Source of the DNA: the human T2T-CHM13v2.0 reference genome, Homo sapiens
Assembly: GCF_009914755.1 (NCBI RefSeq)
Contig: NC_060940.1
Strand: one strand, 5' to 3'
DNA: 64,000 nucleotides
A program made the translations under genes and the position numbers. Below the pieces are notes generated by a model. It searched no databases, was not told the origin of the DNA, and was given only the letters and a program-made list of their open reading frames with translations. Every line of letters begins with the position of its first letter. Within the stretch, counting starts at the first letter, position 1. Positions 1-15,143 of this stretch are shown here, in pieces.

Positions 1-58
1 CTCCAGCCTGGGCAACCGAGTGAGACTCCATCTCAAAAAACATAAATTAAAAAATGAG

Positions 59-400
<342 letters not shown>

Positions 401-629
401 TTAGCTAAACCAATCTTGAAAAAGAAGGCCAGGTGTGGTGGTGCATGCCTGTAGTCCCAGCTACTCAGGATCCTGAGGCAGGAGGATGATTGAGCCCAGG
501 AGTTCAAGGCTGCAGTGAGCCATGACTGTGCCATTGCACTCTCTCCAGCCTGAGCAACAGAGTGAGATCTTATCTCTAAAAACAAAACAAAACTATGACA
601 CAAACACACACATACACACACACACGATT

Positions 630-1860
630 ATTTAGCCTTTTTTTTTTAAAAAAAAGAAAGGAAATCCTATGTAACCTCACATGGAATCCAAACAAGCTGA
701 ACTCCTAGAAGCAGAGAGTACAATGTTGCGTGCCAGAGGATGGGGTTGGTGGAAGGAATGGGGAGATGTTGGTCAAATGGTACAAACTTTAAGTTAAAGG
801 ATGAGTAAGATCTGGGATGTAATGTATAGCATGGAGATTTTAGTTAATAATACTATATTGTATGATGATTGGAATTTGCTAAGATAGTAGATCTTAACTA
901 TTTTCACCACACACTCAAAAGAAGGCGCCTAGCTGAGGGGATGGATGTGTAGATCTGTTTGATCATGGTCATTTCACAGTGTGTGCATATATCAAATCAT
1001 CACATTGCACATCTTAAGTATATATGATTTTTTTAAATCTGTCAGTTGTACCTCAATAGAGCCTGGGGGAGAAATGGTGCTGGAGAAAACTGGATATCTA
1101 CATGCAGAACAGTGGAGCTGGACCCTTACTTTATACCACATATAAAAATTAATTCAAAATGAATCAAAAACCTAAATGTAAGCGCTAATGTATAAAACTC
1201 TTAGAAGAAAACATAGAGAAAAAACTTCATGGCACTGGAATTGGAAATGATTTCTTGGTTATGAAATCACCCACACAGGCAACTGAAGAAAACTAGATGA
1301 ATTGGACTACATCAATATTACAAATTTTGTGCATCCAAGGACAATCATGAGAGTGAAAAGGAAACCCACAGAATGGGAGGAAATATTTGCAAATCATGTG
1401 TTTGCTTAAGGATTAATATTCAGTTTATTAAGAACTCCTATAACTCAAGAATAACAACAAAACCAATTTAATTCAGAAAAGGACTTATAATAAAGAAGAT
1501 AACAGATGGCCAATAAGAACATGAAAAGATGATCAACATAACTAAACATTAGGGAAATGAAAACAAAAGCCACAGTGAGATCACATTACCCCGGTGGTGA
1601 TGGCTCTTAGCCATTAAATAGGAGGTAACTGTTGGCTGGATGTGGTAAAGTTGGAACCTTGTGCACCTGCTCATGGGAATACAAAATGGTGCAGCAGCTC
1701 TGGAAAACAGGACAGTGGTTTCTCAAAACATCAGACAGAATTATCATGTGACCCAGCCATTCCACTTTTGCATATATATCCAAAAGTGCTGAGAACAAGG
1801 GTCCAGGATATTTTTGCACACGATGCTCAAAGCAACATTATTCACAATAGCCTGCTGGTG
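630..1860 (+). mobile_element. Old L1M fragments (3' UTR piece and ORF2 3' piece)
   Basis: GAAGCAGAGAGTA...TACAAACTT and AACTGGATATC...CTTAGAAGAAAACATAG motifs. Confidence 0.75.
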
Positions 1861-1960
1861 CCAAAGTCAAATTTTAATACATTCAGTTACTTAAAACATA
1901 TCCGTGCGGTGGCTCACGCCTGTAATCTCAGCAGTCTGGGAGGCTGAGGCAGGAGGATCA

Positions 1961-2712
<752 letters not shown>

Positions 2713-3539
2713 TCACGTCAGCCCTCCCCCTGTCTGATCTCCTTCTTCTCTGGGAGTTCTCTGCGCGCCCCCCGCCCACGCTCATTTTTTTCTCTTTTCT
2801 GAGTAGTGACCCCCAATTCGAAGCCTGTGGGTAATCTCATGGTGCGTGAGACTCCCTCACCCTCCAACCTGTCAAAGCTTGTGCGCCACCGCCACCTCCT
2901 GGGCACATCTTGTTTCTTAATCAGCCACGAAATCACGTGAACACTTCACATGTGGTTTTGTTTTGTTTTTCACATTTAGACTCCTGATCCGTTTGGAGTT
3001 TATCCCTGTGAGATCCAGAATTAATTTCATCATTTCTCAGACGGCTAACCATTTGTCTTAGCACCTTTCATTATAAACTGCATGTTTGTTCCACCGCTCT
3101 GAAATTATGTTTATGAACCAAATTTCCATGTTACTGGGTTGATGTCTGGATATTCCATTTGTTTCCTGTTCATGTGTCAGTAGCACACAGTTTTAATGAC
3201 AGAGGCTGTTTTCGCATCTGTCGGGCATTGCGCTTTTGTTTGTCCGCGTCGTCTGCGTTATGAGACATTTGTTCCTCCATGTGAACTCCAGGATCAATAT
3301 GCCTGGTTCCAAAAAAAAAACCTTTTCGTATTGTTACTGGAATCATGTGACATTTCTGAATGAACCTTGGGAGAACCCCTGGTATCAGTGCTATTTTGCA
3401 ACGTAGTATAGGTGGTCTTGGCTCCTACGGTACATTAGAAAAGTAACAGAAACGCATATTTGAAGCGAAAAATAGATGAACATTTACAGAAAAAAAAAAT
3501 ACCACATTGAAAATGCAGTGGAATCAACTGTTAAAAGTT

Positions 3540-4450
3540 CGGCGTGATGTTCAGACAGATAAAAAGGAACGGGGCCAGTGACTCCCTGCAGAGATCGAGA
3601 GAAGACCGAGCACTCCCGGCACCCGCGGGCTTCTCGCTGTGGCCGAACCGCGGGCCGCGCTCGCGACGAGCACTTCCTGGCTGTACCCGCCCAACCGCGC
3701 CCTCCTGGTCTGTTCCGGCTCCGCAGTTGCGTCCAGAGGCCTGATCCTTACGTCCGCCTGGTCCTCCGGGCCTGTCTCTGCCTCCAGCCCGGTTCCCAAG
3801 GGCGCCCCGGGGCCCTCCCGCACCCTCGCGGAAGAAACTACTACCTCCCCGCACCATAGGCCAAAGCTTCGGCCCGGAGGCTGGAGGCGGAAGTGACGCC
3901 AAAGACGCGCCGGCAGCTCTTCCGGCGCCGGCCCCGCCTCCGCCTGTCTTACAGCTGATCCGGTTCTTGCGGCGGTGCGTGCTGGCGCCGGAGAGTTCCG
4001 CGCGTGTCCTCGGGCTGTCCGCGGGGAAGCTGGTCCGGGAGTGGGCGCCCGCCCGCCTGCCTCGCGCCTTGCGCCCCCGGCACCGCTTCCAGAAGGGAAA
4101 GTCGCCGCCGCTCGCGGTAGACCCGGGCAGCGCTTCCATTCCGCGGAGCTGGTGAGAGAGGGGCCCTTTGCTTCCTTCACTTTGAACAGGGCGTGTTTCT
4201 GTGAGAATCTGGCTTCGGCTTTGACGTTTTTTATTTGTTTCTGGCACATTGTGTTGGGACCGAAGCGTAAGGTAGACCCCTGAGCGCCCCGGGCGTGCAG
4301 CTCCCTGTGAAAGTTAGCCCGTGGGGGCCAGCGGGAGCGCGCGTCCCTCGCCGCCGGGACTTCCAGGCCCGGCCCTCGGGGGGGGAGGGATGCGGCCGTT
4401 GTCCCGCTGGTCTTGGAGTAATCGAATCCACGGTGAACAGTGTGTTTCGA
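3540..4450 (+). promoter_or_regulatory. CpG-island promoter of ZNF778
   Basis: Very high CpG density; overlapping ETS/CRE motif GCGGAAGTGACG at 3887-3898; GC box GGCCCCGCCTCC ~3930-3941; no TATA box seen. Confidence 0.85.
3900..4151 (+). other. ZNF778: ZNF778 exon 1 (non-coding; start approximate)
   Basis: Lies within the CpG island and ends at donor CTG|GTGAGA (4151/4152). Confidence 0.6.
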
Positions 4451-4750
4451 CTAACTGTATTTTTTCTCACGTTTTGCTTTAGAAAATCTGAATCTAATAA
4501 AAATGTGAACATCTGCTACAAGGAATATCCACTGCAATCGTTTTACTCCTTTTTAGCTTTGGGCCATGTTTTCTCTCTCCCCCAATAAATAAACCTTACG
4601 GTGAATTATTATTTGAGTGTAAGTAAGTTGAAATTAAACTGCACACATGATACTTAACCTTTAAATACTTGGTAAAGCGTCTGTTAAGGGTAAGGACATT
4701 ATCCTACTGAAACCACAATATTAGTATTTCATCTAAGAAAATTAAAATTA

Positions 4751-5469
<719 letters not shown>

Positions 5470-6735
5470 TCAAGGTTTATCTGTTCCCATCGTTTATGTC
5501 TTTTCACCTAGAACAACCCCTGTGGTTTCTCTATCATATTGACGTTGGTGTTGTTTTCTCGTGATACGTTTAAATATTCCTCCATTTCTTGCTGCTTCCT
5601 ATGAACTTGTAATTGAATTCAGAGGAGAGGTTGGCAAAGGGCGGATAGTAAGCACCTTATGCCTTTGGGTCCACGAGGTCTCAGATGGCTGAGTTCAGCC
5701 TTAGTCACCTCATGTCCCATGTTAGCTGTTCCTTCTCTACTCTGTCCTGGTTCCAAGCCCCAGCCTATTTCTGAAAAGGTAAGTGGTCAGCTGCATAGAT
5801 GACCATTTAGAGGGTGTAGATTTACTCTGAAATCCCAGAGGGTTGTGCTCTGAGTCTTATCAGTGCTTGCCAGAGGCATCCAGCGGCATCCTGTTTACCA
5901 TGGACGCTGTGTCAGTGGGTCTGCTGGGTCCTTTCCACCAAGTGCCTAAGAAGCTTGTCCTGCACCCTGAACGTGCACTGATCCACACTTGGCACTGGCA
6001 GCCTTACAGGCAACTGTGTAGAGCGTTAACGCTGTTATATACGTTGCCCCTAAAATTAAAAGATCTGCAGAGTGTTGTGCCTCTTTTTTGGTTATAGGTG
6101 TCATGAGGTGCAGTAACTTGGAGGTGCATATCGGAGGGGATGTCTTTATGTAATCCAGACTGCTGAACTCGTAGAAACTATGGCCCCTGAATGACAAGCT
6201 CTCTGTTGTGTATATTTCATATGAAGTTATCTAAAATGTGTTCATTTTCTGTTCACTGTATCCAACCAGCCTCATGTCAACATAGTGTATGAGTGCAGTC
6301 TGAGGGTCAGGTCCTCTGGGGATGATGTTAAGGTGGAGAACTGAATATTACATCCCTTTTTGAAGGAGGGAAAAGAGCCTGTGCAGGTGACAACAAAGTC
6401 AACACATTTGTGGGTCTTTTAGCCCAAAGACCTCGCCCCCGCCGACACCTAGTAGTAAGTACAGTTTATACAAGGAGAATGGACATGTTTTTCTGACATG
6501 TGAAACTTTACTGTTTTAGTCACCTCATCGGTAGAATAAGAAAGTACAGCTCTAGACCTACCTTTGTCCTGCTGGGGAGTGACCGCAGACTCAGGAGTAC
6601 AAACTGACGAGACCGGGGCGGGGCACGGTGGCTCACGCCTGTAATCTCAACACTTTGGGAGGCCGAGGTGGGCGGATCACGAGGTCAGGAGATCAAGACC
6701 ATCCTGGCTAACATGGTGAAACCCCACCTCTACTA

Positions 6736-6894
<159 letters not shown>

Positions 6895-7368
6895 TCAAAA
6901 GCAAACAAAACCTGTCACGAGATGGTCGAACATGTACCAGCTAACCGTCCTGGTTCACCACTTCCTAAGTGGATGATGTGGACCAGTTCATGTTATCTGA
7001 ATCCAGGCTGTTTTAGGTATGAACACGGGTGAAATCTGTGAATGGCTGTTCTGATAATTAAAGGCTTCTGCTGTGTCTTCTGACCCATATACTGCTCTTC
7101 AGTAGGTGACGTGGATATTACTAGTCCTCAAGAGAGTAAAGTGGATATAGTGGCTTTCACATATATCATCTGCAGAAACAAGCTAATGCGTGAGGTTTGA
7201 TAACTGGGAAGTAATGCTTCTTCATCATGATTGCTAGGAAATAGGGATCCAGCCATCCGTGGGTCAGGAGGAATGGAGACTGTACCTTCCACATAGATTC
7301 ACAAGCTGCCCTGCAGTGGCCTTGGCTTCAGGAAAGGAGCATTCAGACGCTTCCGTCAGCCTCCCAGG

Positions 7369-7393
7369 ATGGCAGCCCCTGACCTGGCCCACG
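7369..7393 (+). CDS. ZNF778: ZNF778 coding exon 1 (exon 2; probably begins at 7238 with 5' UTR), MAAPDLAH
   Basis: ATG in strong context aggATGG; donor G|GTAAGT at 7393/7394; upstream acceptor ttgctag| at 7237/7238. Confidence 0.9.
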
Positions 7394-7734
7394 GTAAGTC
7401 CTGGTGGGGCTCCTTCTCAGAGCCTCTGCTCTAGGTCCTGATACACTGTGTGTATCAGGCCCATGGACGGGGCCTGAGTAGTCACGCTCCGGGTTCCTAT
7501 TGCAGCTGCTGGAGTGAGCCAGAGAATGCTGACCTGTAAGTCAGCCCCAGGGTGTGTGCTTTGGGGAGGGATGATGTGTAAACTCCTTCATGAGTTTTCT
7601 CACCACGGGCAAATGAAGAGTCACGTTCCTCAAGGCGTACCGTTCCATATCTGCAATAGGAGCCTGTTACCATTTCCTGATGGGCGGCATAGCTCACAAA
7701 CATTTTGTGTCACCAGGCGAAACAGACTACCCTG

Positions 7735-8240
7735 GCACTGTATGGCTGTGTGTGTGTCTGTGTGTGTTTTCCTGAGGCACTGTATGGCTCTGTGTGTGTG
7801 TTTTCCTGAGGCACTGTATGGCTGTGTGTGTGTGTGTGTGTGTGTGTATTTTCCTGAGGGACTATATTTTCCTGAGGCATTGTATGGCTGTGTGTGTGTG
7901 TATTTTCCTGAGGCAGTTTATGGCTGTATGTGTGTGTTTTCCTGAGGCACTGTATGGCTGTGTGTGTGTTTTCCTGAGTGTGCAAGAGTACATGGGAATT
8001 CCCTCGCTCTGTATGACTGTGTGTGTGTGTGTGTGTGTTCCTCAGGCAGTGTATGGCTGTGTGTGTGTGTGTTTTCTTGAGGAAGTGTATGGCTGTGTGT
8101 GTGTGTGTGTTTTCCTGAGGTACTGTATGGCTTTGTGTGTGTGTTTTCCTGAGTGTGCAGGTGTATGTGGGAATTCCCTGACACTGTATATCTGTGTGTG
8201 TGCGTTTTCCTGAGTGTGCAGGAGTACGTGATAATTTCCT
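7735..8240. repeat. Compound minisatellite TTTCCTGAGGCACTGTATGGC(TG)n, ~35-45-bp unit, >10 copies
   Basis: Directly visible tandem units with a variable-length TG tract, in ZNF778 intron 2. Confidence 0.9.
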
Positions 8241-8328
8241 GCTAGGGTGGAATGACTTCCGGGTCCATGAGTGTGGAATTAGGGTCAGCTCTGGGTTCTC
8301 ATGCCTTCTTGCCTTCTTTGTTTTTTAG

Positions 8329-8420
8329 GAGGTCATGTTTCTAGGGACTCAGTCTGCCTTCATGAAGAACAGACACAGGCAGCAGGGATGGTGGCTGGCT
8401 GGCTGATAAATTGTTACCAG
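8329..8420 (+). CDS. ZNF778: ZNF778 exon 3, (G)GHVSRDSVCLHEEQTQAAGMVAGWLINCYQ
   Basis: Polypyrimidine tract + TAG acceptor, donor CAG|GTATGC, 92 nt restores phase 0. Confidence 0.9.
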
Positions 8421-8490
8421 GTATGCCAAAACTGTATTTTTTCTTAAAATAACATACTGGTATTCAGCAGATAGACAAGTTTCTGTCTGA

Positions 8491-8955
<465 letters not shown>

Positions 8956-9126
8956 TAGTGCTCTGACACATGGTAAGGAAGGGGAAGGTATCCTCTCTGG
9001 GAACTTATTTCCACATCACGAGTTATCACTTGTTTGTAGTGTGCTCAGGAGAGGGACATAAGGCGAGGGGAGTGCCCAGTGAGCGTGGTGAGAGAAGCTC
9101 ACATGTTAGAGGTGTCGTTGCGGCCG

Positions 9127-9240
9127 TGTGACTGGAGGAGAGCGACGGTGCGCGTGACTGGAGGAGCGCGACAGGGCACGCGTGACTGGAGGAGAGCGAC
9201 GGTGCGCGTGACTGGAGGAGAGCGACAGGGCGTGTGTGCG
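9127..9240. repeat. ~27-bp tandem repeat GTGACTGGAGGAGAGCGAC..., 4 copies
   Basis: Visible tandem copies ~150 bp upstream of the KRAB-A exon. Confidence 0.85.
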
Positions 9241-9389
9241 GGCAGAGAAGGGTTCCTGGGACCACTGGGCCATGGGGTAGACAGTAGGAGGCCTCACAGT
9301 CCCATAGGCGTAGGGCCCCGCCTCCTCATTCTTCAGTGAATACCGATGGACACGTTGGAAGGCTCCAACCGTCATGTGTGATGATTTAG

Positions 9390-9560
<171 letters not shown>

Positions 9561-9639
9561 TGATGTGTCCTTACTGTGTTCCAGGGTTGGTGACGGCAAA
9601 GCCGAGTACCACGGGAAGTAAGAGATATAACAACTGTGC

Positions 9640-9841
9640 TAGTAGGCTTGGTGCTAGTGTGGTCGTTTCCAGAATGTGGTCCTGGGGTCATGAGCATCAC
9701 CGTCACTCCTCTAGAAACATGCATTCTGAGGCTTCACCTGGGACACATTGGATCAGAATGTCTCCTGGGGGTGGGCCTGTCATCTCTGCTGTAACAAGCC
9801 CTCCCGACGATGCCAATTCACTCTAACACTGAGAACCACTG
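9640..9841. mobile_element. MER5-like DNA transposon relic
   Basis: ATCAGAAT...GGGGGTGGG...AACAAGCCCTCC...TGAGAACCACTG pattern. Confidence 0.55.
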
Positions 9842-10129
9842 GGTAGTAGTTTCCCAAGTGAATGAAGATCTCTTATTGCACTTCTGTTATTTCCTATTTG
9901 AGTAAGAGTCTTTGTGGTTTTTACGTGTATATTTAAGCCTGAATGTGGGCTTCAGGAATCAGAGATAACCAGTTTCTTTGGGGCGCAGAAGGATGGAGTA
10001 TTTGCACTTTGAGCCCTTTTGAAACAATTTCACTGCATTGTTTAGAAATGTAGTTCCTGGCATGCCACTGCACTCCAGCCTGGGTGACAGAGCGAGACTC
10101 CATCTCAAAAAAAAACAAACGTAGTTCCT

Positions 10130-10868
10130 GGCCGGGCGCGGTGGCTCATGCCTATGATCCGAGCACTCTGGGAGGCTGGGTGCAGTGGCTCAGGGCTGTA
10201 ATCCCAGCACTCTGGGAGGCCGGGCGCGGTGGCTCAGGGCTGTAATCCCAGCACTCTGGGAGGCCAGGCGCAGTGGCTTAGGGCTGTAATCCGAGCACTC
10301 TGGGAGGCTGGGTGCAGTGGCTCAGGGCTGTAATCCGAGCACTCTGGGAGGCTGGGTGCAGTGGCTCAGGGCTGTAATCCCAGCACTCTAGGAGGCCAGG
10401 CGCAGTGGCTCAGGGCTGTAATCCCAGCACTCTGGGAGGCAGGGTGTGGTGGCCACGCCTGTAATCCCAGCACTCTGGGATGCTGGACGCAGTGGCTCAT
10501 GCCTGTAATCCCAGCACTTTGGGAGGCTGGGCGCAGTGGCTCACGCCTGTAATCCCAGCACTCTGGGACGCCAGACGCAGTGGCTCATGCCTGTAATCCT
10601 AGCACTTTTGAGAGGCCGGGGTGGGCGGATCACAAGGTCAGGAGATTGAGACCATTCTGACCAACACGGTGAAACCCCATCTCTACTAAAAATACAAAAA
10701 ACTAGCCAGGCATGGTGGCGGGCACCTATAGTCCCAGCTACTTAGGAGGCTGAGGCAAGAGAATCACTTGAACCCAGGAGGCAGACGTTGCAGTGAGCCG
10801 AGATTGCACCACTGCACTCCAGCCTGGGCAACAGCGCGAGACGCTGTCTCAAAAAATAATAAAAAAAA
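10130..10868 (+). mobile_element. Alu whose first 44 bp are tandemly repeated 11 times
   Basis: Units start at 10130, 10174, 10218, 10262, 10306, 10350, 10394, 10438, 10481, 10525 and 10569, followed by a normal Alu body and A tail. Confidence 0.92.
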
Positions 10869-10950
10869 GGAAATGTAGTTCCTGTTCACGGGTAGGTTTG
10901 TCATCCCCTGCCTGAGCCTCTTCCATCGATGTCTCTTTCCCTGTGTACAG

Positions 10951-11034
10951 GACATCACCTGTTCCAACCCAGTGTGATCTATTGGCTGGAGCAGGAAGAG
11001 GAGTTGAGGGCAGGGCGGAGAGCAGTTCTCCAAG
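10951..11034 (+). CDS. ZNF778: ZNF778 exon 5, KRAB-B-like in-frame cassette exon
   Basis: 84 nt, phase 1-1, (G)[27 protein letters not shown] with the KRAB-B P-x-x-I-x-x-LE motif; acceptor gtacag|, donor AAG|GTGAGT. Confidence 0.85.
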
Positions 11035-11064
11035 GTGAGTAAGTGTGAAGAGCACGCCTGGTCG

Positions 11065-11195
11065 ATGTCAAGTTTAGCAGCTGTGGGAGGATCCTGAGTG
11101 TCAAGTTTAGCGGCTATGGAAGGATTGTGTCAAGTTTAGCGGCTGTGGGAGGATCCTGAGTGTCGAGTTTAGCGGCTGTGGAAGGATCCTGAGTG
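11065..11195. repeat. ~28-35-bp tandem repeat TGTCAAGTTTAGCGGCTGTGGGAGGATCCTGAG, 4 copies
   Basis: Visible copies immediately 3' of the KRAB-B exon donor. Confidence 0.85.
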
Positions 11196-11216
11196 CACGT
11201 TTTAAGATGCATTCTG

Positions 11217-11871
<655 letters not shown>

Positions 11872-12134
11872 TGAATGTATGCCCTTTGTCCAGCTCTTTC
11901 CTGCTTTCTTTCATTGATAATATTGTTTCTGTTCACCTCACATTTCTTCTTTATGGACCAAATGTATTTTAAAATCTTCTAAATTATGACTCCCAGTTCC
12001 TATGATTCCAAATTTTACACATAGCCAAACTCCTTAAATCTATCTTTGCTTTGTTTTTTTTTCTGCCATGTCTTATATGAAAACAAATACCAATGAGTTT
12101 GATCGTTTTTAGGTCATTTTTTTTTTCTTTTCAG

Positions 12135-12211
12135 AATGGCGACTTAAAACCAAAGGGCCAGCACTTCGGCAGGATAGATCTTGGTTCAGAGCATCAAATG
12201 AGACACAGACG
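12135..12211 (+). CDS. ZNF778: ZNF778 exon 6, (E)WRLKTKGPALRQDRSWFRASNETQT
   Basis: Long T tract + CAG acceptor, donor ACG|GTAAGA; 77 nt gives phase 0 into the finger exon. Confidence 0.9.
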
Positions 12212-12424
12212 GTAAGATTAACAAGAGAGATTTTTTTATTTATCACACTCATAAAAGATTGGGAATTCCACTATAGAAAATGAGCAAAATTGAGAGAATT
12301 TAGAGAAGCAGGATTCACTCAGGCAGGGGTTGTCTGTAGAGAACACTCTGAATGTGCGGAATTTGGGAGGACCTCATCCTGTCTTGAAACTTGGTGCTTC
12401 AGACACACATCAGCGCACACATGA

Positions 12425-13085
<661 letters not shown>

Positions 13086-13274
13086 TGATGGCGCAGGATT
13101 CTTGCAGTGGGGCTCCTCATTTGACTTGAAAGACATCTACAGGGCAGGAGCTGCTTGCATGTTATGAAAATGGCAAAAATCGTAATCATCATCGTCATGC
13201 TCTGTCTTCAGCTGGGTGAGATCTATGAATCAGCCTCAGTAACCCCCTGACCACCACTCATTCTTCACCAACAG

Positions 13275-15143
13275 GCAAGAAGCCACAATGGAGGGCAGCT
13301 CTGTGACCGCACGCAGTGTGGAGAAGCTTTCAGTGAACACTCAGGCCTCAGCACACACGTGAGAACTCAAAATACAGGAGACAGTTGTGTGTCTAATCAT
13401 TATGAAAGGGACTTTTTTATTCCATGCCAGAAAACCTTGTTCACAATTGGAGAGCAGTTTTCCGTGTTGGGTCAGTGTGGAAAAGCCTTCAGCTCTACTC
13501 CAAATGTTGTTTCCCAGCAAGCATGCACTCGGGACAGATCTCTTGACTACAGCAGCTGTGGGGAAGTGTTCCTTAATCAGTCATACCTTCAGGCACGTGC
13601 GGGAAGTCACAACGGAGAAGAAACATGGAAATGGAAGCCGTGTGGGAAAGCTCTAACTCACTCCATGGGCTGCGCCACACCTGTTGAAATGCATGCCGTC
13701 AGGAATCCCCACGTATGTAGGGAATGTGGGAAGGCCTTTAGGTACACTGCCTACCTTACTGGTCGCGTGCAAGTCCACCCTGGGGAGAAGCCCTGTGAAT
13801 TGGAAGAATGTGGAAAAGCCTCCCCTGTTTCTTCCAGCCTAACTCAACATGTAAGAATTCATGCTGCAGAGAAACCCTGTGAATGTAAAGAATGCGGAAA
13901 AGCCTTCACTGGACTCTCAGGTCTTTCTAAACACGTCCAAACAGACCCTGGACAGAAGCCCTATGAATGTAAGGACTGTGGGAAAGCCTGCGGTGGGTTT
14001 TATCTACTGAATGAGCATGGAAAAACTCACACGAGGGAGAAGCCCTTTGCATGTGTGGTTTGCGGAAAATATTTTAGAAATTCCTCATGCCTTAATAATC
14101 ATGTTCGAATTCACACTGGAATAAAACCCTATACATGCAGCTACTGTGGGAAGGCCTTCACTGTGCGCTGTGGCCTTACTAGACACGTACGAACACACAC
14201 GGGCGAGAAGCCATACACGTGTAAGGACTGCGGGAAAGCCTTCTGTACATCCTCGGGCCTTACTGAGCATGTAAGGACTCACACTGGAGAGAAACCATAT
14301 GAATGTAAAGATTGTGGGAAATCCTTCACTGTTTCTTCAAGCCTGACTGAGCACGCAAGAATCCATACCGGAGAGAAACCCTACGAATGTAAGCAGTGTG
14401 GCAAAGCCTTCACAGGGCGCTCAGGCCTCACTAAACACATGCGGACACACACCGGGGAGAAGCCCTATGAATGTAAGGACTGTGGGAAAGCCTACAATAG
14501 GGTTTATCTACTGAATGAGCATGTGAAAACTCACACAGAGGAGAAGCCCTTTACATGTACGGTATGCAGGAAATCCTTCAGAAATTCCTCGTGCCTGAAT
14601 AAGCACATTCATATTCACACTGGAATAAAACCTTATGAATGTAAGGACTGTGGGAAAACATTCACTGTTTCTTCGAGCCTAACTGAGCACATACGAACTC
14701 ACACTGGAGAGAAACCTTATGAATGTAAAGTATGCGGAAAGGCCTTCACCACATCCTCACACCTTATCGTGCACATAAGAACCCACACCGGTGAGAAACC
14801 CTACATATGTAAGGAGTGTGGGAAAGCCTTTGCTTCCTCCTCACACCTTATCGAACACAGAAGGACTCATACAGGAGAGAAACCTTACATATGTAACGAG
14901 TGTGGGAAAGCCTTCCGTGCCTCCTCTCACCTGCATAAACATGGAAGAATTCACACTGGGCAGAAACCCTATAAATGTAAGGAATGTGGGAAAGCATACA
15001 ATAGGTTTTATCTACTAAAAGAACATTTAAAAACTTACACTGAAGAGCAGGTTTTTGTATGTAAGGACTGTGGAAAATCTTTTAAGAATTCCTCATGCCT
15101 TAACCATCACACTCAAATTCACACTGATGAGAAACCTTTCTAA
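13275..15143 (+). CDS. ZNF778: ZNF778 exon 7, spacer plus C2H2 zinc-finger array (17 tandem finger units, ~13 intact)
   Basis: Acceptor caacag| at 13274; open frame [10 protein letters not shown]... containing the 594-aa ORF with C-x2-C-x12-H-x3-H and TGEKPY linkers; stop TAA 15141-15143. Confidence 0.97.
   Translation, partial: ARSHNGGQLCDRTQCGEAFSEHSGLSTHVRTQNTGDSCVSNHYERDFFIPCQKTLFTIGEQFSVLGQCGKAFSSTPNVVSQQACTRDRSLDYSSCGEVFLNQSYLQARAGSHNGEETWKWKPCGKALTHSMGCATPVEMHAVRNPHVCRECGKAFRYTAYLTGRVQVHPGEKPCELEECGKASPVSSSLTQHVRIHAAEKPCECKECGKAFTGLSGLSKHVQTDPGQKPYECKDCGKACGGFYLLNEHGKTHTREKPFACVVCGKYFRNSSCLNNHVRIHTGIKPYTCSYCGKAFTVRCGLTRHVRTHTGEKPYTCKDCGKAFCTSSGLTEHVRTHTGEKPYECKDCGKSFTVSSSLTEHARIHTGEKPYECKQCGKAFTGRSGLTKHMRTHTGEKPYECKDCGKAYNRVYLLNEHVKTHTEEKPFTCTVCRKSFRNSSCLNKHIHIHTGIKPYECKDCGKTFTVSSSLTEHIRTHTGEKPYECKVCGKAFTTSSHLIVHIRTHTGEKPYICKECGKAFASSSHLIEHRRTHTGEKPYICNECGKAFRASSHLHKHGRIHTGQKPYKCKECGKAYNRFYLLKEHLKTYTEEQVFVCKDCGKSFKNSSCLNHHTQIHTDEKPF

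Noticed and set aside
3531-4588. ORFs of up to 238 aa over the promoter
   Set aside because: Low-complexity Arg/Gly/Ala/Pro ORFs expected in GC-rich DNA; no recognisable domain.
7514-8213. Cys/Val-rich ORFs
   Set aside because: Products of the (TG)n-containing minisatellite.
13359-13361. ORF-track start of the 594-aa zinc-finger ORF
   Set aside because: It is an internal GTG; the exon begins at 13275 and the real ATG is at 7369.
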